Shown here piece after piece: positions 18,736-27,087 of a stretch of 62,080 nucleotides of DNA (within the stretch, counting starts at the first letter, position 1; each line of letters opens with the position of its first letter). The notes beneath the pieces are model-generated. The model was given only the letters and a program-made list of their open reading frames with translations, ran no database searches and had not been told where the DNA came from. Made by a program: the position numbers and the translations under genes. The stretch is from Planctomycetia bacterium (GTDB lineage: Bacteria; Planctomycetota; Planctomycetia; Pirellulales; UBA1268): contig JBJTDB010000168.1 of NCBI GenBank assembly GCA_046092145.1, forward strand, positions 1 through 62,080, in the 5' to 3' direction.

Positions 18736-20028
18736 TCATGGCCCGGGCATCGCCGGTGCTTCCGCCGGCTCGGGGCCTGCGGGAGTCGGCGTGCCATCGC
18801 TGCGCGGTGCCAACGAAGCCACGATTCCTCCAGGAGAGGCCAGCACGAGGCGATCCGACGCGGTGTTGACGACCGGCAGCCCGAAGGGGCCGAGGCAGAA
18901 GTGCTGCAGCCTCCGACCGTCGGCGGGATCGAGCGTGACGAGCCGCCCCATGGCATCGATGCACCACAGCCTTTGCGACGTGATCGTAAGCAGTCGAATC
19001 GGCTGCTCATGCATCCAGAGCCGCGCGCCGTCCTCGGCAGAGAGGCCGGCCAGCCCTCCGGTGGACAGTGGCACAAGCAGCGTGTCGCCCGCCATGCGCA
19101 GCTCTCCGACCACGGAATCGCCCAGTGGCGCCCGCCATCGATAGACGAGGCCGGTCGGCAGCAGCTCGATACGGATGAGATCCGCCGCCGACCTTCCCGC
19201 ATTCGTCGCGGCGAAGATCGTCTTGTCACGGATCAACAGGCCGCCCGCCGGCGGCCTCCCGAGATCAAACTCATCCCGCTGCCATTCGGGCTGAGCCGGC
19301 AGAAGGGCGGTGATCAGGCCGTCGGTCGTGCACCACAGCACGCCCCGCTGAAACGGAAGTGGCGGCAGATCGACGCGACCGTGGGCACTGATGGAGAGGG
19401 GCTTGATCCGTTCCTCGACCGTCAATGACCGGGGCGGTGCCACCGGGACAGGCTTGGCTTTCTTGCCCTTCGTGGCGGGCGGGGGGATTTCCTGCGGCGT
19501 GCGGTATGGATTGACCGCCCATCGGATCAGCCGGCCTCCCTCGACCGGAAGATACACCCAGTCCCCCGACACGACGGGGGCTGCGGTGGGGGGATGCGAG
19601 AGCGGCTCCTGCCACAGCGTGCGGCCGGTCTGGACATCGATCGCGAACGCATGCAGGGTGCCGGCAACGACCACGATCCCGCTGCCGATGGCCGGCGTGT
19701 GGAAGGTTCCCTCCGCACGACCGAAGTGCCGCGACCAGAGCAGCGTGCCCGGCATTGGCTGGCCCGGCACGGTGCCGCCTGTGGCGATGCCGTGCAGGCT
19801 CCCATCCCCCGCCACGGCCACGACGATGCCATCGCCGACGGCGATCTGTTCCAGCCGCGATGCCGCCGAGTCGAAGGGCAGCTGCACGACCCATTCCCGC
19901 CGCAAACCGACCTCTTCGGCGACGAAGGCGTCGGCGATGGTGCCGCAGACCTGGCCGCGGGCAGTCCCAGCCGCCGACACCATGGCGAGGGCCGCGATGG
20001 CGGCGAGGGTGGCGGCAGGGTATCGCAT
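18736..20028 (-). CDS. secreted PQQ-like beta-propeller repeat protein (BamB-like fold)
   Basis: Signal peptide MRYPAATLAAIAALAMVSAAGTARG. Repeated G.V.V....G.L.A.D...G..LW blades (e.g. GTLHAFAIDVQTGRTLW, LAGLSAEDGARLW). ATG 20028 chosen inside the 469-aa track ORF. Confidence 0.7.
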   Translation of the reverse strand: MRYPAATLAAIAALAMVSAAGTARGQVCGTIADAFVAEEVGLRREWVVQLPFDSAASRLEQIAVGDGIVVAVAGDGSLHGIATGGTVPGQPMPGTLLWSRHFGRAEGTFHTPAIGSGIVVVAGTLHAFAIDVQTGRTLWQEPLSHPPTAAPVVSGDWVYLPVEGGRLIRWAVNPYRTPQEIPPPATKGKKAKPVPVAPPRSLTVEERIKPLSISAHGRVDLPPLPFQRGVLWCTTDGLITALLPAQPEWQRDEFDLGRPPAGGLLIRDKTIFAATNAGRSAADLIRIELLPTGLVYRWRAPLGDSVVGELRMAGDTLLVPLSTGGLAGLSAEDGARLWMHEQPIRLLTITSQRLWCIDAMGRLVTLDPADGRRLQHFCLGPFGLPVVNTASDRLVLASPGGIVASLAPRSDGTPTPAGPEPAEAPAMPGP

Positions 20029-20170
20029 CGGTTCCAGCTCTCCAAAAACTGCCGGCCCGGTTCCCGGGTTCCTGACCCATCTGCTCGTCAGACGGTCGAT
20101 TTTCCCGTCCACGGGGTGACCATCCGAAGAAGCCGTGCCATGCACCCTATCTGGTCAAAGATAGATCGTG

Positions 20171-20186
20171 GTTGCGTGCACGCAAC
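20171..20186. promoter_or_regulatory. perfect 16-bp palindrome GTTGCGTGCACGCAAC, candidate operator
   Basis: Self-complementary over all 16 nt. It sits 33 nt upstream of ATG 20219 of the 1350-aa gene, in the divergent region shared with the beta-propeller gene. Confidence 0.4.
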
Positions 20187-20218
20187 ACGCCCTGACTTGC
20201 GGTAGGATCGTGCGGGAC

Positions 20219-23200
20219 ATGACGCCCTCCCGACCCACCGATCCGGCGGCACTCGTCCTCGGATATCTCAACTTTTCGTCAGGATCGTTCGATCCCGCAG
20301 CCTGGCGGGCCATGAACGACCTCTTCGCCGCGATTGAAACGGCTCCCGGGCCCGACGGCGCGGCCGTCGCGGAGGGTGCCGACTCGTCCGCCGCCGTGGC
20401 CTCCGCCCTGCGGGACAGGCTCGCCGAACTGGAGGCATCGGAGCCGGCATTCCGACAATCGTCCCAGGCGCGGGCCGCGATCGACATGGTCTTGGATGTC
20501 GTCCCCAAAGCCTACCGCGACTACCACTCCGATCTGCTCGAGCACCAGCCACCCGGTGCGATCGAGCGGCCCTTTTTCCTGATGGCCGTCGCACAGGCGG
20601 TGCTGGCCGAAGGGGCCGGAGGCGATGATCTGGGCGACCCGGTTTCCGGTCGGCTCGTCGAGCGTGTTCTCTCGCGGCTCAACGACTACGTGGGCTGGCG
20701 CCCGGTGGCCGTCCTCGAAAACGGCCGCCTGTCGGAGCCCTATCCGCACGAACGGGTGCGGCCGATTCCGATCTTCATCAACGGCGCCGGCCCGGCCCAT
20801 GGCCGCTATCGGGATCTCGTGCAGGGGGCGATCGACATCCTCGCCGCCGCGCCTCCCGACCTCATGCGGCAAGCCGACTTCGATCTTGCGATGCTCGAAG
20901 AACTGGCGATCGATCCTCGTGCCTTCGATTTTCTCCATCCGGCCGCCAGCCGGCCCAACTATCTTTTTGGCCTCTGGGATCCGGGCCGGATCGACACGCA
21001 CGGCTGCTATCGTCGGATGGTCGTGCAGCAGGCGACGCTCGACGGCATCCTGTCGTGGCCATGTGCCGCCGGGCCCGAACAGCCGGAGGCCGGCCTGCTC
21101 GCGGAACTGCGCCGGGAATCCTCGGCCGTTCTCGCGGGCGTCATGCTCATGGCCTCCGGTCTCTCGGGACACGGGCCCGGTGCCCACCAGGCGGGCCTTC
21201 CCCTCGCCGAACTGCTGCCACGGATCGCGGGCTACCGCGATGCGTTCTACCGTTGGCTCATGGAACGGCTTCCGGAGCCGCACCGCGACCGGCTGAACGA
21301 GGAAACCAGCCGGCTTCGACAGCCCTTCGGCGGCGTGCGACGCCACATCAACACGCTGCTTGCCGGCCGTCGGGCAAGGCAGGTGGAGAGCGTCGCCCTC
21401 TCGGCGGTGATGTCTCGTCTTGGCCGTGCCGCCGAGGCGGAGCGGCTGGCGGGCATCGTGCCTGCCGCCTCGGCTCGGATGCTGGCGCGAATCAGCGGCA
21501 GCGTCGTGGCCGCCCGACAGGCGCTCCAGCCAGCCCCCTCGGCCGCCGGTGGAGCCGCAGCCGCGCTCGATCATCTCGACACCGCGGCCGATCTCTTGTT
21601 TCGCGCGGTCGGCTGCGGCGCCACCGTCGATCCGTGGAACATTCTCGGGCTGGCCGGTCAGTTTCCGCTTCATGAGCCGGGCGGGGAGAGCCTGACCGAT
21701 CCCCGGGTCGATGACCTCATCTCCACGACCGGCTCGATCCTCGATGGCTATGCCGCCGTGTGGCGGCAGGCGGCGCTCGGTGGCGCAAGCGCCGATGCCA
21801 CCCGCGCCTCGAATTCACTCGAGCGGCTTGCCACATGGTGGGATCGCTTCGCCACGACCACGGTCTCGGGTGTCGAGCACCTTTCGGGCCGAGAGGTTCG
21901 CGACTCGACGCGCGAGGTGATCGAGTCGCTCGACCGCCGCCACGACTCCGGCCCCGAGCCGCCGCCCCCGGGATTCTGGCGAAAGGAGGTCGCCTCGTTC
22001 TCGTCGCCGAGGAGCCATGCGCAGGCGGCCGATGCGTTGCTGCGGGAAGGCGATCTCGACGGCGCGATGGGGCTGCTCGTCCACTGGGCATCGCTCCTGG
22101 AGGGATCGACTCTCGACCACCTCGGCGGGGAATGGCTGGCGGCGGCGGCCCGCTGGATGGGCCGGGCGTTCACCGACCGATCGCCGGCCGGGAGGTCGCG
22201 AGTCAGGCGGTTTCTGGAACTGGTCGATGCGAATACCAGCGGGATCGCCGACATCATCGAGATGGTCGCGGCGGGGCGGGATCCCGGCGGCCCTCGTGGC
22301 GAGGGCATGGCATCGGCCGGGGAACCCGAAGACGAGCATCCCGACGCGGAGGAGAGCGTCGCCAGCGCCTATGAATCGATGGTGTGGCACGACTCCACCG
22401 ACGACGGCGTCGATGGCGGAATGCTCGAGTTCGACCTGCCGGGCGGCACGTCGGGCACCGGCCCGGCCGCCTTGGAGCAGGCGGCGGAGTTTCTCGCGGG
22501 ATGCGCCCGCCTGGTGCAGCATGCCGTCACGGCATCGTGCGCGGCCGACATCGCCGAGGGAGGCGGGCCGACTCGCGAGGAGATCGATGCGACGGTCGCC
22601 GCGCGGCATTCGATGCGACGGCAGCGACGCGCCATGATCCGGGCGGCCATGCTGATCACGTCGGAGGACATCGCCACCGATCCCGGGATGCCGGCGGCCG
22701 AACTCGAACGGCTGCGGTGGCAGCGGGATGCCGCGGCCGAACGGCTCAGCGAGGCCGCCGTGAAGGCGACCGAGACGTCGTGGATGCTGTCGGCGCGGCT
22801 CCGGATCGACGGGCCGCGGCGGCCTCGCGACGCGGATCGGAGTCCCGAGGGCCGTGGGCTGATCGGCCCTCTCTTCGCCGCGATCCTGCAGGGCGATGCA
22901 CCGCAGGCGCGGGACCTGCTCGACACACTCTGCAGCCGGCTCGTCGGAAAGGCGGTGCTCTACGTGCCGCTGTCACGCGGCGGCCGTCCCGATCGGATCG
23001 TCCGCGCCCGGTGCCGCGAACGGCTGCTGGCGAAGCTCGCCGCCTGCCTGCCGCGGATCGGCCTCGTGACGGAGACCACACGGATCGTCCTCCTGGCCAA
23101 GGGGCTCGAGGGAAAGCGGCCGGCCGGCGGGGCGAGTGTCAGCGAGTTCGATCGCGTGTTCGAGGCGGCAACCATGTCGCTCGTGGAGCGAATCGTCGAA

Positions 23201-24271
23201 AGCGCCCATGTGCCGGCCCCGGGAGAGCCGCCCGTCGATGACGCGACGGCGACCCAGAGGATCCTGGACGGCTTGGCCCTGCTGGTGCCGAGGCTCCTGG
23301 AGACCTGGATGACACACGCCCGTCAGCTCCGGCTCTCGGTGCTCGAGCGGGTGCGTGAGCAGAAGGCCTTCGACGGAGTGCGCGAGTTCGTCGAGCAGTA
23401 TGGCTCGGGCCTGTTCACGCAACACCTGCTCGCACCGCCGTCGCTGCGGGGAGTCCTCCGCGGTGGCGTCAAAGCCTTCCTGGAGCGGCTGCTCGAACGC
23501 GACCAACGCGATCACGGAGACGAGATCGGTCAGGAATCGCCCTCCCGCCGTCCGGCCAAGCTCCTCGACGATCTCGCGTCCGGCAGTCTGACGATGAAAC
23601 TGGCGCAGGCCCGGATACGGCTCGTGTTGGAGAGCGTTGCCGAGAATCATGCCGAATACCGCGACTGGAACTCGACGACGACCCAATCGGACCGCGGTGA
23701 ATGCATCCATGTGTTGCTCGACTTTCTCCGCATCAAGGCGGAGTACGACCGCATCACATGGACGCTGCGACCGGTCACGATGGCCCACCGGGTGCTGGCC
23801 AGACGGGGCGAGGCGGGGGCGGCCACCGCCTGGCGCGGTCGGCTGCGGGACGAGACGGCGGAAACCGCGGCGGGACTGACGAAACGTCTGGCCGACGTGG
23901 AACGCGAGACGGGAGTGCGGCTGGCGAGCATCGGCGATCGCATCCGTCGCGCCTTCACGGCGCCCCTGGAACAGGACGACCTCGAATCGTTCGTCGAGCC
24001 CGCCGTGTCCGAACTCTCGACAGGCTCGCCCCACGGAGCCGGTGCCCGGCTCGAAGAAAAGGCCCGCGGATTCCTCGGCGTCGCCAGCGGGTCGGGCGTG
24101 GAGGTGCCGGAATGGCTCGAGCGGCTCACCATCGCGGTCGACCGCACCCTGGAGCGGGCCGATGTCGAGACGGTCGCAGCAACCGCGTTCTCGCGCTCGG
24201 GCTCTCTTCCCGATGCGGTGGTGTGGGGGGTGATGCCATGGTCGGCCCTCCACGAATCGCTCTCGAAGTAG
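20219..24271 (+). CDS. large (~1350 aa) predominantly alpha-helical protein of unknown function
   Basis: Single uninterrupted ORF with consistent GC3 bias. Leu/Ala/Arg-rich, no TM segment, and I recognise no catalytic motif. The start could be ATG 20219 or GTG 20168. Confidence 0.7.
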   Translation: MTPSRPTDPAALVLGYLNFSSGSFDPAAWRAMNDLFAAIETAPGPDGAAVAEGADSSAAVASALRDRLAELEASEPAFRQSSQARAAIDMVLDVVPKAYRDYHSDLLEHQPPGAIERPFFLMAVAQAVLAEGAGGDDLGDPVSGRLVERVLSRLNDYVGWRPVAVLENGRLSEPYPHERVRPIPIFINGAGPAHGRYRDLVQGAIDILAAAPPDLMRQADFDLAMLEELAIDPRAFDFLHPAASRPNYLFGLWDPGRIDTHGCYRRMVVQQATLDGILSWPCAAGPEQPEAGLLAELRRESSAVLAGVMLMASGLSGHGPGAHQAGLPLAELLPRIAGYRDAFYRWLMERLPEPHRDRLNEETSRLRQPFGGVRRHINTLLAGRRARQVESVALSAVMSRLGRAAEAERLAGIVPAASARMLARISGSVVAARQALQPAPSAAGGAAAALDHLDTAADLLFRAVGCGATVDPWNILGLAGQFPLHEPGGESLTDPRVDDLISTTGSILDGYAAVWRQAALGGASADATRASNSLERLATWWDRFATTTVSGVEHLSGREVRDSTREVIESLDRRHDSGPEPPPPGFWRKEVASFSSPRSHAQAADALLREGDLDGAMGLLVHWASLLEGSTLDHLGGEWLAAAARWMGRAFTDRSPAGRSRVRRFLELVDANTSGIADIIEMVAAGRDPGGPRGEGMASAGEPEDEHPDAEESVASAYESMVWHDSTDDGVDGGMLEFDLPGGTSGTGPAALEQAAEFLAGCARLVQHAVTASCAADIAEGGGPTREEIDATVAARHSMRRQRRAMIRAAMLITSEDIATDPGMPAAELERLRWQRDAAAERLSEAAVKATETSWMLSARLRIDGPRRPRDADRSPEGRGLIGPLFAAILQGDAPQARDLLDTLCSRLVGKAVLYVPLSRGGRPDRIVRARCRERLLAKLAACLPRIGLVTETTRIVLLAKGLEGKRPAGGASVSEFDRVFEAATMSLVERIVESAHVPAPGEPPVDDATATQRILDGLALLVPRLLETWMTHARQLRLSVLERVREQKAFDGVREFVEQYGSGLFTQHLLAPPSLRGVLRGGVKAFLERLLERDQRDHGDEIGQESPSRRPAKLLDDLASGSLTMKLAQARIRLVLESVAENHAEYRDWNSTTTQSDRGECIHVLLDFLRIKAEYDRITWTLRPVTMAHRVLARRGEAGAATAWRGRLRDETAETAAGLTKRLADVERETGVRLASIGDRIRRAFTAPLEQDDLESFVEPAVSELSTGSPHGAGARLEEKARGFLGVASGSGVEVPEWLERLTIAVDRTLERADVETVAATAFSRSGSLPDAVVWGVMPWSALHESLSK

Positions 24272-24313
24272 TTCGCGGAGTCGTGATGACAGCCACGATC
24301 GGGATCGGAATGC

Positions 24314-24322
24314 TGGTACAAT
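24314..24322 (+). promoter_or_regulatory. extended -10-like box TGGTACAAT
   Basis: Matches TGnTAtAAT in 8 of 9 positions, which is rare in this GC-rich DNA. ATG 24330 (second Met of the lipB-like ORF) lies 7-8 nt downstream, which would give a leaderless transcript. Confidence 0.25.
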
Positions 24323-25094
24323 GCGGGGCATGACGAGATCTCGACGCCACGCACCACAGCGCTCGCTCGCCGTCTGGCTGGCGGGAAGGATCGGGCTTGA
24401 AGCCTACGCCGGCATGGCGGAGAGGCTGGCGTGGGACGTTTCGGAGCCGGATGGAAGGCCACCGACGCTCGTGCTCTACGAGCCCGAGCCATCGATCACC
24501 ATCGGCCGGGCCGGCTCGCGCACCGATGTCGATCTGTCCGACGACGAACTCCGGTCGAGGCAGATCGCGATCCGGTTCATCGGCCGTGGCGGCGGCGCGG
24601 TGCCGCACGGACCGGGGCAGGTGGGAATCGCCCTCTTTGCCACGCTCGAGGACCTCGGCCTGGCCCGGCATGATGTCGGAGGCTATCTCGAACGGTTCGA
24701 GGCGGCGATCGAGGGCGCGGTCCGCGGTCTGCGATGTGGCGCCGCCCGCGACTCGCGTGCGGCGGGCATCTTTGGTCGCACGGGCCTGCTGGCCGCCGTC
24801 GGGATCGCCGTGCGACGCGGCGTGGCCTGGCATGGCGGCTTTCTCAACGTGCAGCCACTCGCCTTCCCCATGCACCGCGTGCGGACCGCTCCCATGGCCG
24901 CCGCGGCGGGCATGCGTACCATGTCGTCGGTCGAGACCGACGTGCAACGCCGGGTCCGGGTGCAGGATGCCCGCACGATGATCATCGAGCAGGTGGCCGA
25001 CGCCTTCGGTTTCGCCGAATCGCATGTCCACCCGGGCATGCCTGTGTCCGTCCGTGAAGTCCCTCTCCGGGAGCCTGCGAGCCGTGCCGGATAA
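24321..25094 (+). CDS. lipB: LipB-like octanoyltransferase homologue (catalytic Cys/Lys apparently substituted)
   Basis: GRGGGAVPHGPGQ (compare RGGxxTYHGPGQ), AVGIAVRRGVAWHGGFLNV (compare [17 protein letters not shown]). Sits immediately upstream of and overlapping lipA. See the findings for the missing dyad. Confidence 0.75.
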   Translation: MRGMTRSRRHAPQRSLAVWLAGRIGLEAYAGMAERLAWDVSEPDGRPPTLVLYEPEPSITIGRAGSRTDVDLSDDELRSRQIAIRFIGRGGGAVPHGPGQVGIALFATLEDLGLARHDVGGYLERFEAAIEGAVRGLRCGAARDSRAAGIFGRTGLLAAVGIAVRRGVAWHGGFLNVQPLAFPMHRVRTAPMAAAAGMRTMSSVETDVQRRVRVQDARTMIIEQVADAFGFAESHVHPGMPVSVREVPLREPASRAG

Positions 25095-26001
25095 TCTCCT
25101 TTCCCTCCCGATCGTCGAAGCCTCCGCGCCGGTGACGGCTCCGCCGGCCCGCCGGCTGCCGCCATGGCTGCGTCGCAACCTCGAGCCGGGCGGGGGCCAC
25201 GGCGAGACGGCGCACCTGATCGCCGAACTCGGCCTGGAGACGGTCTGCTCGTCGGCCAAATGCCCCAATCGCCTCGAATGCTGGTCGCAGCGGACGGCGA
25301 CGTTCATGATCCTCGGCAACGTCTGCACGCGGCCGTGCGGCTTCTGCTCGGTGCCACGGGGCAAGACCGAGGAGCTCGAACTCGACGAGCCGCAGCGCGT
25401 GGCCGAGGCGGCACGGCGGCTGGGGCTCGCCCATGTCGTGATCACGAGCGTCACCCGCGACGACCTGCCCGATGGCGGGGCCGACCACTTTCGGCAGACG
25501 GTCGAGGCCGTCCGGGCCGCCACCGGCGCGGTGGTCGAGGTGCTCGTGCCCGATTTTTTGGGCAAGGAAGGGGCGCTCGAGCGGCTCCTGCAGGCGAAAC
25601 CCGACGTCTTCAACCACAACACCGAGACCGTGCCGCGGCTCTATCGTACGGTCCGAGGTCGCAGGAGCGTCTACGCCTGGACGCTCCAGCTGCTCGCCGA
25701 CGCCAAGCACATGCTCCCATCCGTGAAGACCAAGAGCGGCCTCATGCTCGGGCTCGGAGAGACGCGCGACGAATTGCTCGATGTCTTCGCCGACCTGCTC
25801 GACCATGGGGTCGATTTCCTCACGCTCGGACAATACCTGCAGCCCACGCCCGACTCGCTTCCGGTCGAGCGGTATGTCCCGCCCGAGGAATTCGACGAGA
25901 TCGGCGACCTGGCCCGGCGCATGGGATTCGCGAAGGTGGCCTCCGGCCCGTTCGTGCGATCGAGCTACCATGCCCGCGAGATGAACGAGGGGCCGGACTG
26001 A
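25024..26001 (+). CDS. lipA: lipoyl synthase
   Basis: Auxiliary cluster CSSAKCPNRLEC (Cx4Cx5C), radical-SAM CTRPCGFC (Cx3Cx2C), VITSVTRDDL.DGGA, SGLMLGLGET, RSSYHA. The start is uncertain: ATG 25024 overlaps lipB by 71 nt and GTG 25084 overlaps by 11 nt. Confidence 0.95.
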   Translation: MSTRACLCPSVKSLSGSLRAVPDNLLSLPIVEASAPVTAPPARRLPPWLRRNLEPGGGHGETAHLIAELGLETVCSSAKCPNRLECWSQRTATFMILGNVCTRPCGFCSVPRGKTEELELDEPQRVAEAARRLGLAHVVITSVTRDDLPDGGADHFRQTVEAVRAATGAVVEVLVPDFLGKEGALERLLQAKPDVFNHNTETVPRLYRTVRGRRSVYAWTLQLLADAKHMLPSVKTKSGLMLGLGETRDELLDVFADLLDHGVDFLTLGQYLQPTPDSLPVERYVPPEEFDEIGDLARRMGFAKVASGPFVRSSYHAREMNEGPD

Positions 26002-26019
26002 CAGGGTCGGGCGGCCCGC

Positions 26020-27087
26020 CTACTCGCCCGCATCCTCGAGGCCGTGCTCGAGGAGTTTCTTGCGGAGCGTGTTGCGGTTGATGCCGAGGCGGGCGGCAGC
26101 CTTGAGCTGGACGCCGTTGCAGGCGGCGAGCATCTGTGCGATCAGCTCCCGCTCCACACGACTGACGATCCGGTCGAAGAGGGTGTCGTCGTCGGGCCCG
26201 GCCGTCGCCATGCCCTGCTCGACGAGATCACGCGCGAGACTGTCGAGGTCGCCTCCGCGGCCGGGCATCGACACGGTCGGCCGCCCGCCCCGCATGGCGG
26301 GAGGCAGCAGGTCGAGCGTGATCTCGTCGCCCGGCGCCAACACCACGCACCGCTCGACGACGTTTTGCAGCTCGCGCACGTTGCCCGGCCAGTGGTAGGC
26401 GACCAACGCATCCGTCGCCTCCTTCTGGATGTGCACCACGTACCGCTCGCACTCCCGATTGTAGTGCTCGAGAAAATGGGTCAGCAGCAGCGGAATGTCT
26501 TCCCGACGCGACCGCAACGGAGGAATGGAGATCGGCACCACGTTGAGCCGGTAGTAGAGATCCTCTCGAAACGTCTCCTTGGCCACCTCGTCGAGCAGCT
26601 CACGGTTGCTCGCGGCGATCACGCGGGTATCGACGCTGATCGTCTCGGTATCGCCCACCCGTTCGAACTCCCGTTCCTGCAGGACTCGCAGGAGCTTCAC
26701 CTGCAGCTTGGGCGTCGTGGAGTTGATCTCGTCGAGAAAGATCGTGCCGGTATGGGCCGCCTCGAACCGGCCGGCACGGTTGGCCACGGCGCCGGTGAAC
26801 GCTCCGCGGACGTGCCCGAAGAGTTCGCTCTCCAAGAGGCTCTCCGAGAGGGCGCCGCAGTTGACGCGGACGAACGGCCCGGTGTTCCGCGGCGAGAGCC
26901 GATGGATGGCCTTCGCGATCAGTTCCTTGCCCGTGCCGGTCTCGCCCATGAGGAGCACCGAGGCATTGGAGGCGGCCACGCGCCGGGTCATGGCATAGAC
27001 GGCCTGCATCGCCGGGCTCGAACCGATCAGGCCCTCGATGGGGGGCGCGGCGGCGTCATCGCCGGATGAGGCGGGAGTACGGAGCAT
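26020..27087 (-). CDS. sigma-54-dependent transcriptional activator consisting only of an AAA+ domain and a Fis-type HTH (no receiver or sensor domain)
   Basis: [36 protein letters not shown] (Walker A), GAFTGA loop (VRGAFTGA), GTIFLDEI (Walker B), [28 protein letters not shown]-terminal [19 protein letters not shown] 27087 is about 25 aa before LIGSS. The upstream part of the 468-aa track ORF is Arg/Ser/Pro junk overlapping the previous gene. Confidence 0.9.
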   Translation of the reverse strand: MLRTPASSGDDAAAPPIEGLIGSSPAMQAVYAMTRRVAASNASVLLMGETGTGKELIAKAIHRLSPRNTGPFVRVNCGALSESLLESELFGHVRGAFTGAVANRAGRFEAAHTGTIFLDEINSTTPKLQVKLLRVLQEREFERVGDTETISVDTRVIAASNRELLDEVAKETFREDLYYRLNVVPISIPPLRSRREDIPLLLTHFLEHYNRECERYVVHIQKEATDALVAYHWPGNVRELQNVVERCVVLAPGDEITLDLLPPAMRGGRPTVSMPGRGGDLDSLARDLVEQGMATAGPDDDTLFDRIVSRVERELIAQMLAACNGVQLKAAARLGINRNTLRKKLLEHGLEDAGE

